The notes: generated by a model from the letters alone, not told the origin. A stretch of DNA of 64,000 bases from an uncultured virus (IMG/VR IMGVR_UViG_3300034374_006354) (IMGVR_UViG_3300034374_006354), one strand, 5' to 3'; counted from the stretch's first letter, positions 19,707 through 29,593 are shown. Made by a program: numbers and translations.

Positions 19707-20003
19707 TTATTTTTCATTACTGATCCTCATAGGTTCACTACTGCTCCCAAAACAAATTCTACCTTTACCCATCCAGTCTACAATTTGAATAGTAGGATAT
19801 TTAAAAGTAGAACCCATAGTAGGATTGTCATCGGCAAATGCATTTAGTATTTCCCTAAGTTCACCAACAGTTTCAAAAGTAGGCATGTTCCTCTTCATCT
19901 CAGCAATGGCTTCCCTGTCATTCTTACGGCGCATAAATATCCGTACGAAGTAAGGGCGAAGGAACTCTGTAATAGCAGTTCCCACCGCAGTTTCTAAAAT
20001 CAC
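19707..20003 (-). CDS. hypothetical protein
   Basis: Overlap-coupled ORF. Confidence 0.55.
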   Translation of the reverse strand: MILETAVGTAITEFLRPYFVRIFMRRKNDREAIAEMKRNMPTFETVGELREILNAFADDNPTMGSTFKYPTIQIVDWMGKGRICFGSSSEPMRISNEK

Positions 20004-20353
20004 GAGAATTCTCCTTTGATAAGATCATAACTACCCGAGCCAACAAGGTAAACAGAGTCTCCTCCGTCAAGCTCATGATGCTCAACATCCTCATCACGAT
20101 CAAGAATACACTTTAGAAGGATCTGCAAAGAAACCTCGGCATCATATTCATTGTAGATCACGGCTCCAGTCTTTATAATCTTAGTAAGTACATCTTCAAG
20201 ATCATGGATACCATTATCAGGGTCTACGTGGAGAGCGAAAGCCCAACCACTAGAAGACTTACCGATATGATATTCAATACCTTTCAGACCACAGTTAGGA
20301 CAATTGCAATCACAATTATCGTATCGAGCATAATAATTAGTACCCATAGGCAC
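20000..20353 (-). CDS. hypothetical protein
   Basis: MGTNYY...CPNCG...HIGKSSSGWAF; GGAGG SD. Confidence 0.65.
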   Translation of the reverse strand: MPMGTNYYARYDNCDCNCPNCGLKGIEYHIGKSSSGWAFALHVDPDNGIHDLEDVLTKIIKTGAVIYNEYDAEVSLQILLKCILDRDEDVEHHELDGGDSVYLVGSGSYDLIKGEFS

Positions 20354-20356
20354 CTC

Positions 20357-20698
20357 CTATATCATTTGGATCCACTGTTTAGGAACTACTTTTTCCCCTA
20401 AGTCATCATCGATTAATAAAAGATTCTCAAACCTTTTAAGATCGTTTATCCTCAGCTTTGTAGCTTTCATTTGGATCCATATAGACTCCGCTTGAAAACT
20501 CCATCTGTCATAAGGAACACGATAGGATATGACGGGACCAAAGAAGAAAAACTGCTTACGTAAATAGGTAATCTCTTCTTTATGACGAAGCTTAAGTTTA
20601 TCCATATACGATTGATCTTCTTTGATTACATCACGAACCTGTTTGAGAACTTCCTCGGTTTTCTCAGGATTGAGAATTACCATTCCTTCTTGTTTCAT
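20357..20698 (-). CDS. hypothetical protein
   Basis: GGAGGAG SD. Confidence 0.6.
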   Translation of the reverse strand: MKQEGMVILNPEKTEEVLKQVRDVIKEDQSYMDKLKLRHKEEITYLRKQFFFFGPVISYRVPYDRWSFQAESIWIQMKATKLRINDLKRFENLLLIDDDLGEKVVPKQWIQMI

Positions 20699-20919
20699 GT
20701 AGTCTCCTCCCTGAAATCAATAGCCTCATCAATAAGCGAACTTAAAACATCATTCACAACAGACAACTCTACCCCTCGGCTCTCAAGCTCATAAAGAGCC
20801 ATTGCACGATAGAATAGAGTGTAACTACGGGCTCTTACCTTTGACCACAACTCGTCCTTAGTGGCACAAGTAAGAGAGGTAGGCCTTTGTAAATCACGAA
20901 CTCTTAATTCAACCATCAC
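20695..20919 (-). CDS. hypothetical protein
   Basis: Overlap-coupled ORF. Confidence 0.55.
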   Translation of the reverse strand: MMVELRVRDLQRPTSLTCATKDELWSKVRARSYTLFYRAMALYELESRGVELSVVNDVLSSLIDEAIDFREETT

Positions 20920-21056
20920 AATACTCCATTAGCAAGAACAACAGCAACGATTACCACAGTGAAACAACCTGAGATAAATCCCCAAATCCAACCACGATCA
21001 CGAGCATTCAGCAAGTGAAGTTCATTGTATTTCAATTCAAGTAATTCAGATTTCAT
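20916..21056 (-). CDS. small membrane protein (46 aa)
   Basis: Manual translation MKSELLELKYNELHLLNARDRGGIWGFISGCFTVVIVAVVLANGVL; AAGGAG SD. Confidence 0.55.
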   Translation of the reverse strand: MKSELLELKYNELHLLNARDRGWIWGFISGCFTVVIVAVVLANGVL

Positions 21057-21067
21057 TTCAAATCTCC

Positions 21068-21169
21068 TTAAGCAGCCAAGGCTACCAGAACAAGTTTAGA
21101 GCCCCAAGTCATAACTGCAAACAGAGCTACATAGAATACTACTACAGATACATCTTTTAGAAATTTCAT
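21068..21169 (-). CDS. small membrane protein (33 aa)
   Basis: Manual translation MKFLKDVSVVVFYVALFAVMTWGSKLVLVALAA; GGAGG SD. Confidence 0.5.
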   Translation of the reverse strand: MKFLKDVSVVVFYVALFAVMTWGSKLVLVALAA

Positions 21170-21179
21170 TAGAACCTCC

Positions 21180-21197
21180 AAAAGGGGCTTTCGCCCC
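21180..21197 (-). terminator. Short hairpin, possible terminator
   Basis: GGGGC-GAAA-GCCCC followed by UUUU on the minus strand. Confidence 0.5.
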
Positions 21198-21202
21198 CGG
21201 TG

Positions 21203-21364
21203 TTAGGAAAGAAAGAAAAGAGACCAGCTTACAAAACTGGTCGCAAGCATGATAACCATGAATCCACCTGCAGAGAAAGCAAAGAGGTATCTCTCACTTT
21301 CATTTGCGGGATCATAGCCCATCATTACTTTGAAAAGCATTGCAATACTTTTAAGAAAGAACAT
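21203..21364 (-). CDS. small membrane protein (53 aa), first gene after the second-class motif
   Basis: Manual translation MFFLKSIAMLFKVMMGYDPANESERYLFAFSAGGFMVIMLATSFVSWSLFFLS; AGGAG SD. Confidence 0.55.
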   Translation of the reverse strand: MFFLKSIAMLFKVMMGYDPANESERYLFAFSAGGFMVIMLATSFVSWSLFFLS

Positions 21365-21408
21365 AATCGTCTCCTATAGACATTGATTAAAGATTAAGTA
21401 GAAGAGAA

Positions 21409-21445
21409 TTCTTCCATTATAGATACATCATTTTTCTCACTTTTT
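21409..21445 (-). promoter_or_regulatory. Second-class motif, copy 1 (putative early promoter)
   Basis: Near-identical to 18610-18646; directly downstream of the strong terminator and upstream of the small-gene cluster. Confidence 0.65.
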
Positions 21446-21462
21446 TGGGCCTATTTTTGCAT

Positions 21463-21502
21463 AAAAAACCCCCAAAGGTTTGGACCTTTGGGGGTTCTTT
21501 TT
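21463..21502. terminator. Strong intrinsic terminator ending the structural transcript
   Basis: 13-bp perfect stem aacccccaaaggt/acctttgggggtt with A-tract and T-tract flanks. Confidence 0.9.
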
Positions 21503-21535
21503 AGTATCTAGGATTAGGCTAACTAATCACTAGTT

Positions 21536-21886
21536 TTATTGCATCTGACCTTGGGCAGCAGCCTGTTGAGCTTCCTGAACTGGAACAACAAATTTGTTAG
21601 TCAGTTCGAGAACAACACGTGCCTCTGCACCTTTAGCAGTTACATTAGAGAGCATGCTTGCTAATACCTGCATTTCTTGCTCATCTACACCGAGAGAGTA
21701 TTCTACCGGAGCATCTGCTTCAATTTCACCTGCTTCTGCAAGTTCTTGAACGCGTTTTACTTCTGCGATAAGCTTGTCATCTACTGTTACAATAACTCGA
21801 GCAGCAGAGGCATGAATATCGGCATTACGAAGAGTCCGAATGAGAAAAGCCATCTCTTCGGGTTTAAGAGTGATATAGTTATCCAT
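21536..21886 (-). CDS. hypothetical protein with internal duplication (possible fibre chaperone)
   Basis: Two related halves (EMAFLIRTL..A.I.ASAARVI / EMQVLASML..V.AKGAEARVV); downstream of the fibre gene. Confidence 0.6.
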   Translation of the reverse strand: MDNYITLKPEEMAFLIRTLRNADIHASAARVIVTVDDKLIAEVKRVQELAEAGEIEADAPVEYSLGVDEQEMQVLASMLSNVTAKGAEARVVLELTNKFVVPVQEAQQAAAQGQMQ

Positions 21887-21904
21887 TGTTTATTCCTTAA
21901 TTAA

Positions 21905-22294
21905 TTATTGAGCCCAAGCGTCTGGGTTGTATTCTGTATCAGCATCTGCTTCAGAATCTTTCTCAGCATCGCACTTAGCTTGGCACTCTGGCAGAATTAC
22001 ATTCTTGATATATTCGTGGGCATTAGGCCAGCCTTCTGCACCAGGACGGTTTTCATTCGTAAAGATAACGAATTCTTTCAGATTAGATTCCGTGGGGAAA
22101 TCAACAAAACCATCACCATCAATATCTACGGGTGCATCATTCTCATTAAATCGCATAGCAGTTTGATATCGTGCATCAGGGCCGATAGATGAATCTTTAT
22201 AAGCATAGCTTACTTCTACGATCATGGGTACGACTGTACCATCTGCTTTTACTCGATCCTTCTTACGAGAGGATACGATTTCTACTTCCAACAT
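21905..22294 (-). CDS. hypothetical protein
   Basis: AGGAG SD; follows a promoter motif. Confidence 0.65.
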   Translation of the reverse strand: MLEVEIVSSRKKDRVKADGTVVPMIVEVSYAYKDSSIGPDARYQTAMRFNENDAPVDIDGDGFVDFPTESNLKEFVIFTNENRPGAEGWPNAHEYIKNVILPECQAKCDAEKDSEADADTEYNPDAWAQ

Positions 22295-22395
22295 TATTAA
22301 ATCTCCTAGGAGTAATTATCGGGTCTAGAACTCCGATTTCTTGTTAATGGAATTGGGGAAGGAATAAACCCTCCCCGTTTCCGGTTTGAATTGCT

Positions 22396-22412
22396 CTTTA
22401 GTGTGATCAATT
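22396..22412 (-). promoter_or_regulatory. Phage RNAP promoter motif AATTGATCACACTAAAG
   Basis: Intergenic copy of the 17-mer. Confidence 0.75.
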
Positions 22413-22419
22413 AATTCGA

Positions 22420-25400
22420 TTACGAGGGATCACCATAGAAAGGAATCCATCTCTTAACACCATTAATCTCAATCTGAATGTGACCCTGGATGGTACCAGT
22501 GGTTGTCAGGGTGCTGATTGCGCTGGTAGTATCAGCATCGGCAGTACCTTTGAAGTCGATATAGCCAGCGTCAACCGTCCCAAGTTGCAAGCCGATTGCC
22601 TCTTTAGCTGCGTCCTGTTGGATAAACAGTGGCAAGGCACCGACCGCAGCGGAATTATCCTGAACGATATTGATCAGGTTACGTGCACCTGTGTCGGCAG
22701 AGTTACTCGATATGTTGATAGCTTTACCTGAAGTCAAACTGTTAGCGTTAGAGATATTGATACCAGCCACGCCTGTAGTTGTCACCGGAGTGTTAACATA
22801 AATCGACTGATTTCCAACGGCTTCGCTGTCAATTTCTATCGACGATGCCGCACCATTATTATCAACAAGCACCGCTGATGCACTTGTTGCACTGTTCTGG
22901 ACAAATAACGGGTTATAGCCGTTGCCACCGCCGCCTTGGATGCGTATGCCATAACCATCACCGTCTTGCCTGATATCCAAAATTGATGTGTTACTGGCCG
23001 CAGCGTTGTCGTTCACGATTTCGACAAGGTTGCGAGTGCTGGTGTCTGCGGAGTTTGAAGTGACACTGATCGCTGATCCGGTAGTCAGCGAGTTAGCTGT
23101 TGGTATGTCGATGATGTCATCTGTTGTTTGCGCCGACTCAGCCACGACGAGTGCCGATCCAGCAGTTGTGGCAGCGGAATAAAGAGCAATGCCATGTTGG
23201 TTGCTATTTTGATCAATCTCCAAAACGTACCCGCCGCCGTTGCTTTGAATCCACGCTGCTGCTGCTGAACCATCTTGCTGGATAAAGAGCGGGTAGGTGC
23301 CATCCGCGCTGGCGTTATCATTCACGATTGAGACAAGGTTACGGCTTGATGCGTCTGCGGAGTTAGAATAAAGATACAGAATCTCGCCAGTGGTAAGAGC
23401 ATTCGCAGCAATGTGATGGGCAGCGCCGGTAGTCAAAGCGACCATGTCCCAATAGGCACCGTCAGCAGTAATCGGGCCGGTGGAACCGTCAAAATCAATG
23501 GCGCGACCATCGGCATTCATATCAATCTGCAAAGCGAAAGCAGGCGCGTCCTGCTGGATTCTCAGCCCCGTAGCTCCACTGGCCGCAGCGTTGTCATTCA
23601 CGATTGAAACCAGAGGGCGACTCGATACGTCTGCGGAGTTTGAGTCTACCTTTAACCCTGATCCGGTAGTCAAAGAGTCAGCCTGATAAACCGCAAGGAC
23701 ATTCGCCGTTGTCTGTGCTGGCGTGTCAATCCAGATTGCATTGCCTGATGTAGTTGCAGCGGTATCAATCCACAAACCGTGGCCGTTAGCATTTTGGTAA
23801 AGCTCAAACGCTTTTTGTGACGCGTCTTGAGAAATTCGGAAAGGGACTGTGCCTGTGGCGGCGGCATTGTCGTTCACAATTTTTACAAGCTGGCGAGTGC
23901 TTACGTCCGAACTGTTAGAATGGAAGTAAGCAATGTCACCTGTTGTAAGTGCGCTCGCGTTTGCAAATTGCGCGAGTCTCCCTGTTGTCGTTTGTGGCAC
24001 AGTGATATCAAAAACATTAGCACTAGTCGCCTCTGAATCTATAGTGAAGGCGTTGCCGTCACCGTCTTGGTCGATAAATATCCCGTTGCCTACGCCGGTA
24101 TGCTGAACATACAGCCCATAACTCGAACCAGAAAACTGACCGATAAATGCCGCTTCCTTTGCTGCGTCTTGCTGAATACGCAAAGGCGTTGCCCCAACAG
24201 CAGCCGAATTGTCATTCACGATCTCGACAAGGTTGCGCGTGTTGGTGTCGGCGCTGTTGGAGCCAAATATCGCGTTGCCGCCTGTGGTTAATGTGTTTGC
24301 ATCGCCATTGGCTACAACATGCCCCGTACTGGTAGCGGGGCCAGTGAATTGCAGCGCATTGCCACTTGCTTCGGTGTCAATTTCAATAGCCGGTGCGCCA
24401 GCATTTTGGTCAACAAATACTGCTTGTTTTGCAGCATCCTGCCTGAACGTGGCGACGGTTGAGCCAGTTGCCAAGGTATTGTCATTGATCAAATTCAAAA
24501 GGCTGCGAGTTCCAGTGTCAGCACTATTGCTGGCCAAGTAGAAAATCCCACCTGTTGTCAGCGAATCCACCAAATTGATGTTCATCACCTTCGCAGTGGT
24601 CACAGCATGCGTTGTCATCTGTATGGTATGTGCTGTCGTGTTGGCACCGTCTATCTGAAGCGCGTTAGAGTTGGCATTTTGGTCAACAAATACTGCTCGT
24701 TGTGCAGCATCCTGAAGGATCGCCAGCGCGGTTGTTCCTGTTGCCGACGTATGGTCGTTTGTAATCTGAACAAGGTTCTTCGTGCCTGTAGATGACGAGT
24801 TTGAATAAAACGACGCCAAGCGGCCCGTTGTTAAATTGCTGCCTGCAACAACCAATGCATTATTTGTTGCTCCATTAGCGGTAACTTGAAGCGCTACCGC
24901 GTTGGCGTCTTGGGTAACACTTAAAGCGGTCGTGCCAGTTGCCAACGTGTTGTCATTAACGATTTTGACAAGGTTGCGGCTGTTGGTGTCGGCGCTATTT
25001 GATTGGATTCTGAGATTGCCACCTGTTGTAAGCGCATCAGCCGATTCAATTCTAGCGATGTTCGCCGTTGTTGCTTGCGCGTCTTGGACGCTAATTGCAT
25101 GACCGTTCCCGTTGTGATCAATGTTTAGCGCCGTTGACGTTGCCGCAACAACCACTTCAATGCCATATCCAGAGCCAGCATCGTTGCGAACATACAGCGG
25201 TGTATTGTTGCCTGCCGCGCCGTTGTCATTGACGATTTCGACAAGATTGCGAGTGCTGGTGTCGCCGCTGTTGCTGGTCAACTTCAAAGCAGCGCCGGTT
25301 GTCAGACTGTTGGCATTCTCAATCAACAACACATTACCGGATGTATTAACCGGCGTATCAATCCAAACCGTTGAAACCGTGGTTGACTGGCTATCAATAT

Positions 25401-28400
25401 AGAGCGCTCTTGAATCGTACCCGTTGTTGTCAATTTCGATGGCGTTATCGCCGCCGTTCATCTGAACAAACAATGCACGCTGCGCGGCATCTTGGCTTAC
25501 GTTTAGAACCGTCGCACCTGTCGCCAGCGTATTGTCATTGATAATCTCGACAAGGTTGCGACTGTTGGTGTCGGCGCCATTTGAGCGTAGCCGTTGAATG
25601 GCTCCGGCGGTCAGCGCGTCTGCACCGCCCGTTACAAAAACATAACCCGTTGTGGTTGCCGGTGATGTGACGTTAAAGACGCTGGCTGACGTACTTTCAC
25701 TGTCGATAAGCAGGGCTGTGCCATTGCCATTTTGATCCAAGAACGCCGCCGCGCCTTGTCCACCGTTAGAGACAGTAAAGACGTTGCCGAACCCTGTTTG
25801 CCCTTTTGTAATGCTAAGGCCGTCAGCGTTCGATCGTTGATCAACTAAAACGGCTTTGCCGCCACCAGAGGTAATAAAGTGGGCGGCATAGTCAGAACTA
25901 TCTTGACGAACAACAAGGCCGACCGCGCCCGTAGCCAGCGTATTATCATTGACAATTTCAACAAGGTTGCGACTCGATGTGTCGGCGCTGTTGGAGGAAA
26001 ACAGCGCTGTAGATCCTGAAGTGAGCGCGTTAGCTGTATTGATGTTCAAGACATTGCGCGTCGTTGTGCCAGCGTCATCAGCCAAAAATGCGGCGGTATT
26101 TGCATTAAGATCAACGCGCACAGCGGAAGCGGGTGAAGCGTCAGCATTATGCTCAATGTAGATTCCGTCAGCGGCAGCGTCTTGCTGGATACGGAGCGGA
26201 GTCGCGCCAGTCGCACTTGCATTGTCATTGACAATTTCGACAAGGTTGCGGCTGTTAGTGTCGGCGCTGTTGGATTGGATCGCCAGCGCTCGCCCACTGG
26301 TGAGACTGCTAGCGCCAGAAATATCGACAACCCTGCCGGTTGTTTGCGCTGGTGAGGGAAACAGAATCCCGGCGTTACCCGTGGCAGCAGTGTCAATGTA
26401 GAGCGCAGTCGAGTCGGTGTTCTGGTAAATGTTGACGCCACGAGAAACCGCGTTCTGTGTCACGCTGAGGGTGCCAGCGATGCCAAAATTTCCGCTGAAA
26501 TTTGAAGCGCCTGTTACATCAAGTGCGTTCCCGGTGCTGTCGTTCCTGACGCTGAGAACAGTTGTACCTGTCGCCAGCGTATTGTCATTGTGCAAAAAGA
26601 CCAATGGCCTTGAACTGGTATCGGCTGAGTTTGAATATAGCTCCATCAGCTTACCAGTGGTTAAACCGTTGGCATTCGCATTGATAACTCGGCCTGTTGT
26701 CGTTGGCCCTGCTACGATGTAGATAACATCGGCTGTTGTAGATTCTGAATCTACCTCTAAGCTGCGCCCGTTTGCATCCTGATCGACTAGCAGCGTCGTT
26801 TCGCTGGCGTTCGTTTTGACCGCCAGCTGTGCGCCCGTGGCTGATGGGCCTACGTAAAGGTTATTTGTTATTGAAGTTTCGCTGGCGTTTGTTATTGAAA
26901 TAACGTCAGAGCCACCGATGCCAATATTAAATAGTGAGTCGCCAGCCGCTTCGCTGGTTGACGTAAACTCGACGTAATTCCTGCTCCCGCTGTTCTGGAA
27001 GTACTCCCACACAAAAACATCAGGGTCGCCGTCAGTGAAACCCATGCGACCGTAATCGCCAGAACTGCCAGAGAAATAAATGTGTGTCGCGTCGGCAATG
27101 TTTAAATCAGCCGTTGCTGTCAACCCACCATCTTTCAACAATACGCCGTCAATCGTCACGCCTGCGGCGGCAGTAGCTTCGTTGATTGTGTCAACGTCGA
27201 GCGATGCACCATCGGCTAAAATAACATTGCCCGACGAATCCAACGACATAATCTGAGCGCCGCTTGAGTTTTCCCAAATGAATTTGGCAGACGCGAATCC
27301 TAAGCGCTGTGCATAGCTATCATTGCCATCGCTTTTTATGTAGTTATGCCATCGCTCGACGCCGCCCGTATTTATCAGGCGCAGCATCTTAGAATCAGTC
27401 GCCAACTGCTTTAACGACAAAGCACCGTTTGCAGAATCAGATTCAATGCCGACAGGCCCACTAACCGAAATCTTTTCTGTTGCAGTTGTAACGCCAGTGC
27501 TGCCGATTTCAATAGTGCCGTCAATCAGCTTGACAGCTTCAATCGTGACGCCTGCCGCTGCCGTTATCTCGTTGATCGTGTCAATCAACAATGCTTCGGT
27601 TGTAGCTTCCCATGAGGCTCTAACTGCAGACCCTGCCGCATCATATAACCTAAAATCCCCGTCGCTTCGGAAATCTGCCCGCAAGGTTCCAGACGTTCCT
27701 CCGCTGCGAATTTGCAAACTGTCGGTGGAACCTTCTACATTTATTGTGTAGATATCTTTCGGTGTAGTGGTGACACCGTTCCCAAGGATTAGAAAGGCGC
27801 TAGAAAAATCTGAAGGTCCAGCGATATTTATACCACCTGCACCGGACGAATGATAAAAGGCGGCAAGCCCCCCCGCACCAGTATTAAATTCGGCAGAACC
27901 ATTTACTTCAATGCCACCATCTTTCAGCAGCACTCCATCAATCGTCACGCCTGCGGCTGCGGTCGTTTCGTTGATTGTGTCAACCGTCAGTTGATCACCT
28001 ACGGAAACGATGACGTTGTTGCCCCCCGATGTGTTTCCATTACCGAGGATTTCTGACCATTCGTTTTGTGCCGCCGCCACGGTGTCGACGTAGGCTTTAA
28101 TCGACTCGGTTGTTGCAATGCTGGAAGTCGAAGCGGTGGCAAAGGTATCGTCATCTAGCAGGGTATTGAATGCGCCACCAGTACCGAGAGTAATGCCACC
28201 ATCTTTCAGCAGATTGCCGTCGATAGTTACACCAGCCGCAGCCGTGGTTTCGTTGATTGTGTCGGCGGTCAGAATGTCGCCAGCGGAAACGATGACGTTG
28301 TTACCGTTTGAGATATTGCCGTTGGCGAGGATTTCTGACCACTCGTTTTGCGCCGCTGCCACGGTATCAACGTAGGCTTTTATTGACTCGGTGGTTGCAA

Positions 28401-29592
28401 TGCTGGTTGTTGAAGCTGTTGCGAAAGTGTCATCATCCAGCAACGTATTGAACGCCCCGCCAGTGCCGAGAGTGATCCCGCCATCTTTCAGCAGATTGCC
28501 GTCGATGGTTACACCAGCCGCAGCCGTGGTTTCGTTGATTGTGTCGGTGGTGATCTGCTGTCCAGCAGTGACAATGATATTGTTCGCGCCAGTAGTGTTG
28601 CCGTTGGCGAGGATTTCAAAAAGTTCATTGTTCCCGGCGATCTGCGAATCCACGTAAGCCTTAATAGACTGCTGAGTAGCAAGCGCAGTTGCGCTATTAC
28701 TTATAAGAGTATCTTCATCAAGGATAGCATTAACGGTTACCCCGGTCAATAGATTAATCCCACCATCTTTAAGAAGAACACTATCAATAGTAACACCAAG
28801 GTTCAGAGTATTCTCATCAATGACATCAATCTTCATGTTGTCATTAACAACCACTTCTCCACCATTAGCGCTAATAGTTACAAAACCATTGCCCAACAGG
28901 GAGATATCATTGGCTCCTTCACCAATAACAATGTTATTGCTAGAGTTCATGTATATCAAGTTACGAGTAACAGTATTACCTGTTTCGTAACCAAAGAGGT
29001 TGTTATTGTTCTTTAAGTATACCTCACCATCTTTGATAAGGGTGTTATCAATAGTAACACCAGTGTTTAAAGTGGTTTCATTAATGGTATTTGTAAGAAG
29101 TTGTTGGCCTGCCTGCATAGTCAGATCATTAGCGCCCGAATTGGCCCCCGCTGCAAGAGCGATAGCAAGGGTTACAGCGTCAGGATCTAACCCAATGATA
29201 CCTGTTCCGGAATCATAGGTGAGCTTACCTGCAACTACACTAATAGCTGCCCTAGCGTCTGCTTCTGTGTTAGAAGCTGCTTGAATATCTGCTTCTGCTA
29301 ATGTTTGGTTAATGAATTCCGAATTAGCAAAGTCATAAGTTAATACTTCCCCTGAAGTAGGGTCAGTAAGATTAATACCATTAATCTCCTCTATCTCTAC
29401 ACCATTAGTAAAGATATCTCCGGTATTAATAGTTTGAACCACATTTCCACCAGCGTCAGAGATAGTAATAACCATCTCATTAAGTTCATTAATAACAACG
29501 TTGGTAATTGAATCCCCTTTAGTACCTTGAGCTCCAACTCTAGATAAGGAGATTTTATATTGGACATTTTCTACTTTAATTCCATCTGCCAT
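22420..29592 (-). CDS. Giant repetitive tail fibre / adhesin-like virion protein (2390 aa)
   Basis: Located after the tail genes; A/T/N/S/G-rich; repeats TINETTAAAGVTIDG.LLKDGG and SNSADT..RNLVEIVNDN. Confidence 0.8.
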   Translation of the reverse strand: MADGIKVENVQYKISLSRVGAQGTKGDSITNVVINELNEMVITISDAGGNVVQTINTGDIFTNGVEIEEINGINLTDPTSGEVLTYDFANSEFINQTLAEADIQAASNTEADARAAISVVAGKLTYDSGTGIIGLDPDAVTLAIALAAGANSGANDLTMQAGQQLLTNTINETTLNTGVTIDNTLIKDGEVYLKNNNNLFGYETGNTVTRNLIYMNSSNNIVIGEGANDISLLGNGFVTISANGGEVVVNDNMKIDVIDENTLNLGVTIDSVLLKDGGINLLTGVTVNAILDEDTLISNSATALATQQSIKAYVDSQIAGNNELFEILANGNTTGANNIIVTAGQQITTDTINETTAAAGVTIDGNLLKDGGITLGTGGAFNTLLDDDTFATASTTSIATTESIKAYVDTVAAAQNEWSEILANGNISNGNNVIVSAGDILTADTINETTAAAGVTIDGNLLKDGGITLGTGGAFNTLLDDDTFATASTSSIATTESIKAYVDTVAAAQNEWSEILGNGNTSGGNNVIVSVGDQLTVDTINETTAAAGVTIDGVLLKDGGIEVNGSAEFNTGAGGLAAFYHSSGAGGINIAGPSDFSSAFLILGNGVTTTPKDIYTINVEGSTDSLQIRSGGTSGTLRADFRSDGDFRLYDAAGSAVRASWEATTEALLIDTINEITAAAGVTIEAVKLIDGTIEIGSTGVTTATEKISVSGPVGIESDSANGALSLKQLATDSKMLRLINTGGVERWHNYIKSDGNDSYAQRLGFASAKFIWENSSGAQIMSLDSSGNVILADGASLDVDTINEATAAAGVTIDGVLLKDGGLTATADLNIADATHIYFSGSSGDYGRMGFTDGDPDVFVWEYFQNSGSRNYVEFTSTSEAAGDSLFNIGIGGSDVISITNASETSITNNLYVGPSATGAQLAVKTNASETTLLVDQDANGRSLEVDSESTTADVIYIVAGPTTTGRVINANANGLTTGKLMELYSNSADTSSRPLVFLHNDNTLATGTTVLSVRNDSTGNALDVTGASNFSGNFGIAGTLSVTQNAVSRGVNIYQNTDSTALYIDTAATGNAGILFPSPAQTTGRVVDISGASSLTSGRALAIQSNSADTNSRNLVEIVNDNASATGATPLRIQQDAAADGIYIEHNADASPASAVRVDLNANTAAFLADDAGTTTRNVLNINTANALTSGSTALFSSNSADTSSRNLVEIVNDNTLATGAVGLVVRQDSSDYAAHFITSGGGKAVLVDQRSNADGLSITKGQTGFGNVFTVSNGGQGAAAFLDQNGNGTALLIDSESTSASVFNVTSPATTTGYVFVTGGADALTAGAIQRLRSNGADTNSRNLVEIINDNTLATGATVLNVSQDAAQRALFVQMNGGDNAIEIDNNGYDSRALYIDSQSTTVSTVWIDTPVNTSGNVLLIENANSLTTGAALKLTSNSGDTSTRNLVEIVNDNGAAGNNTPLYVRNDAGSGYGIEVVVAATSTALNIDHNGNGHAISVQDAQATTANIARIESADALTTGGNLRIQSNSADTNSRNLVKIVNDNTLATGTTALSVTQDANAVALQVTANGATNNALVVAGSNLTTGRLASFYSNSSSTGTKNLVQITNDHTSATGTTALAILQDAAQRAVFVDQNANSNALQIDGANTTAHTIQMTTHAVTTAKVMNINLVDSLTTGGIFYLASNSADTGTRSLLNLINDNTLATGSTVATFRQDAAKQAVFVDQNAGAPAIEIDTEASGNALQFTGPATSTGHVVANGDANTLTTGGNAIFGSNSADTNTRNLVEIVNDNSAAVGATPLRIQQDAAKEAAFIGQFSGSSYGLYVQHTGVGNGIFIDQDGDGNAFTIDSEATSANVFDITVPQTTTGRLAQFANASALTTGDIAYFHSNSSDVSTRQLVKIVNDNAAATGTVPFRISQDASQKAFELYQNANGHGLWIDTAATTSGNAIWIDTPAQTTANVLAVYQADSLTTGSGLKVDSNSADVSSRPLVSIVNDNAAASGATGLRIQQDAPAFALQIDMNADGRAIDFDGSTGPITADGAYWDMVALTTGAAHHIAANALTTGEILYLYSNSADASSRNLVSIVNDNASADGTYPLFIQQDGSAAAAWIQSNGGGYVLEIDQNSNQHGIALYSAATTAGSALVVAESAQTTDDIIDIPTANSLTTGSAISVTSNSADTSTRNLVEIVNDNAAASNTSILDIRQDGDGYGIRIQGGGGNGYNPLFVQNSATSASAVLVDNNGAASSIEIDSEAVGNQSIYVNTPVTTTGVAGINISNANSLTSGKAINISSNSADTGARNLINIVQDNSAAVGALPLFIQQDAAKEAIGLQLGTVDAGYIDFKGTADADTTSAISTLTTTGTIQGHIQIEINGVKRWIPFYGDPS

Positions 29593-29593
29593 T

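Noticed and set aside
21409..21445. Plain sigma70 promoter (TATAAT)
   Set aside because: No -35 hexamer at 16-18 bp and unusually long conservation between copies; disfavoured but not excluded.
22420..29592. Diversity-generating retroelement or CRISPR-like repeats in the fibre gene
   Set aside because: The repeats are in-frame protein repeats with mostly synonymous differences; no reverse transcriptase or cas gene is present.
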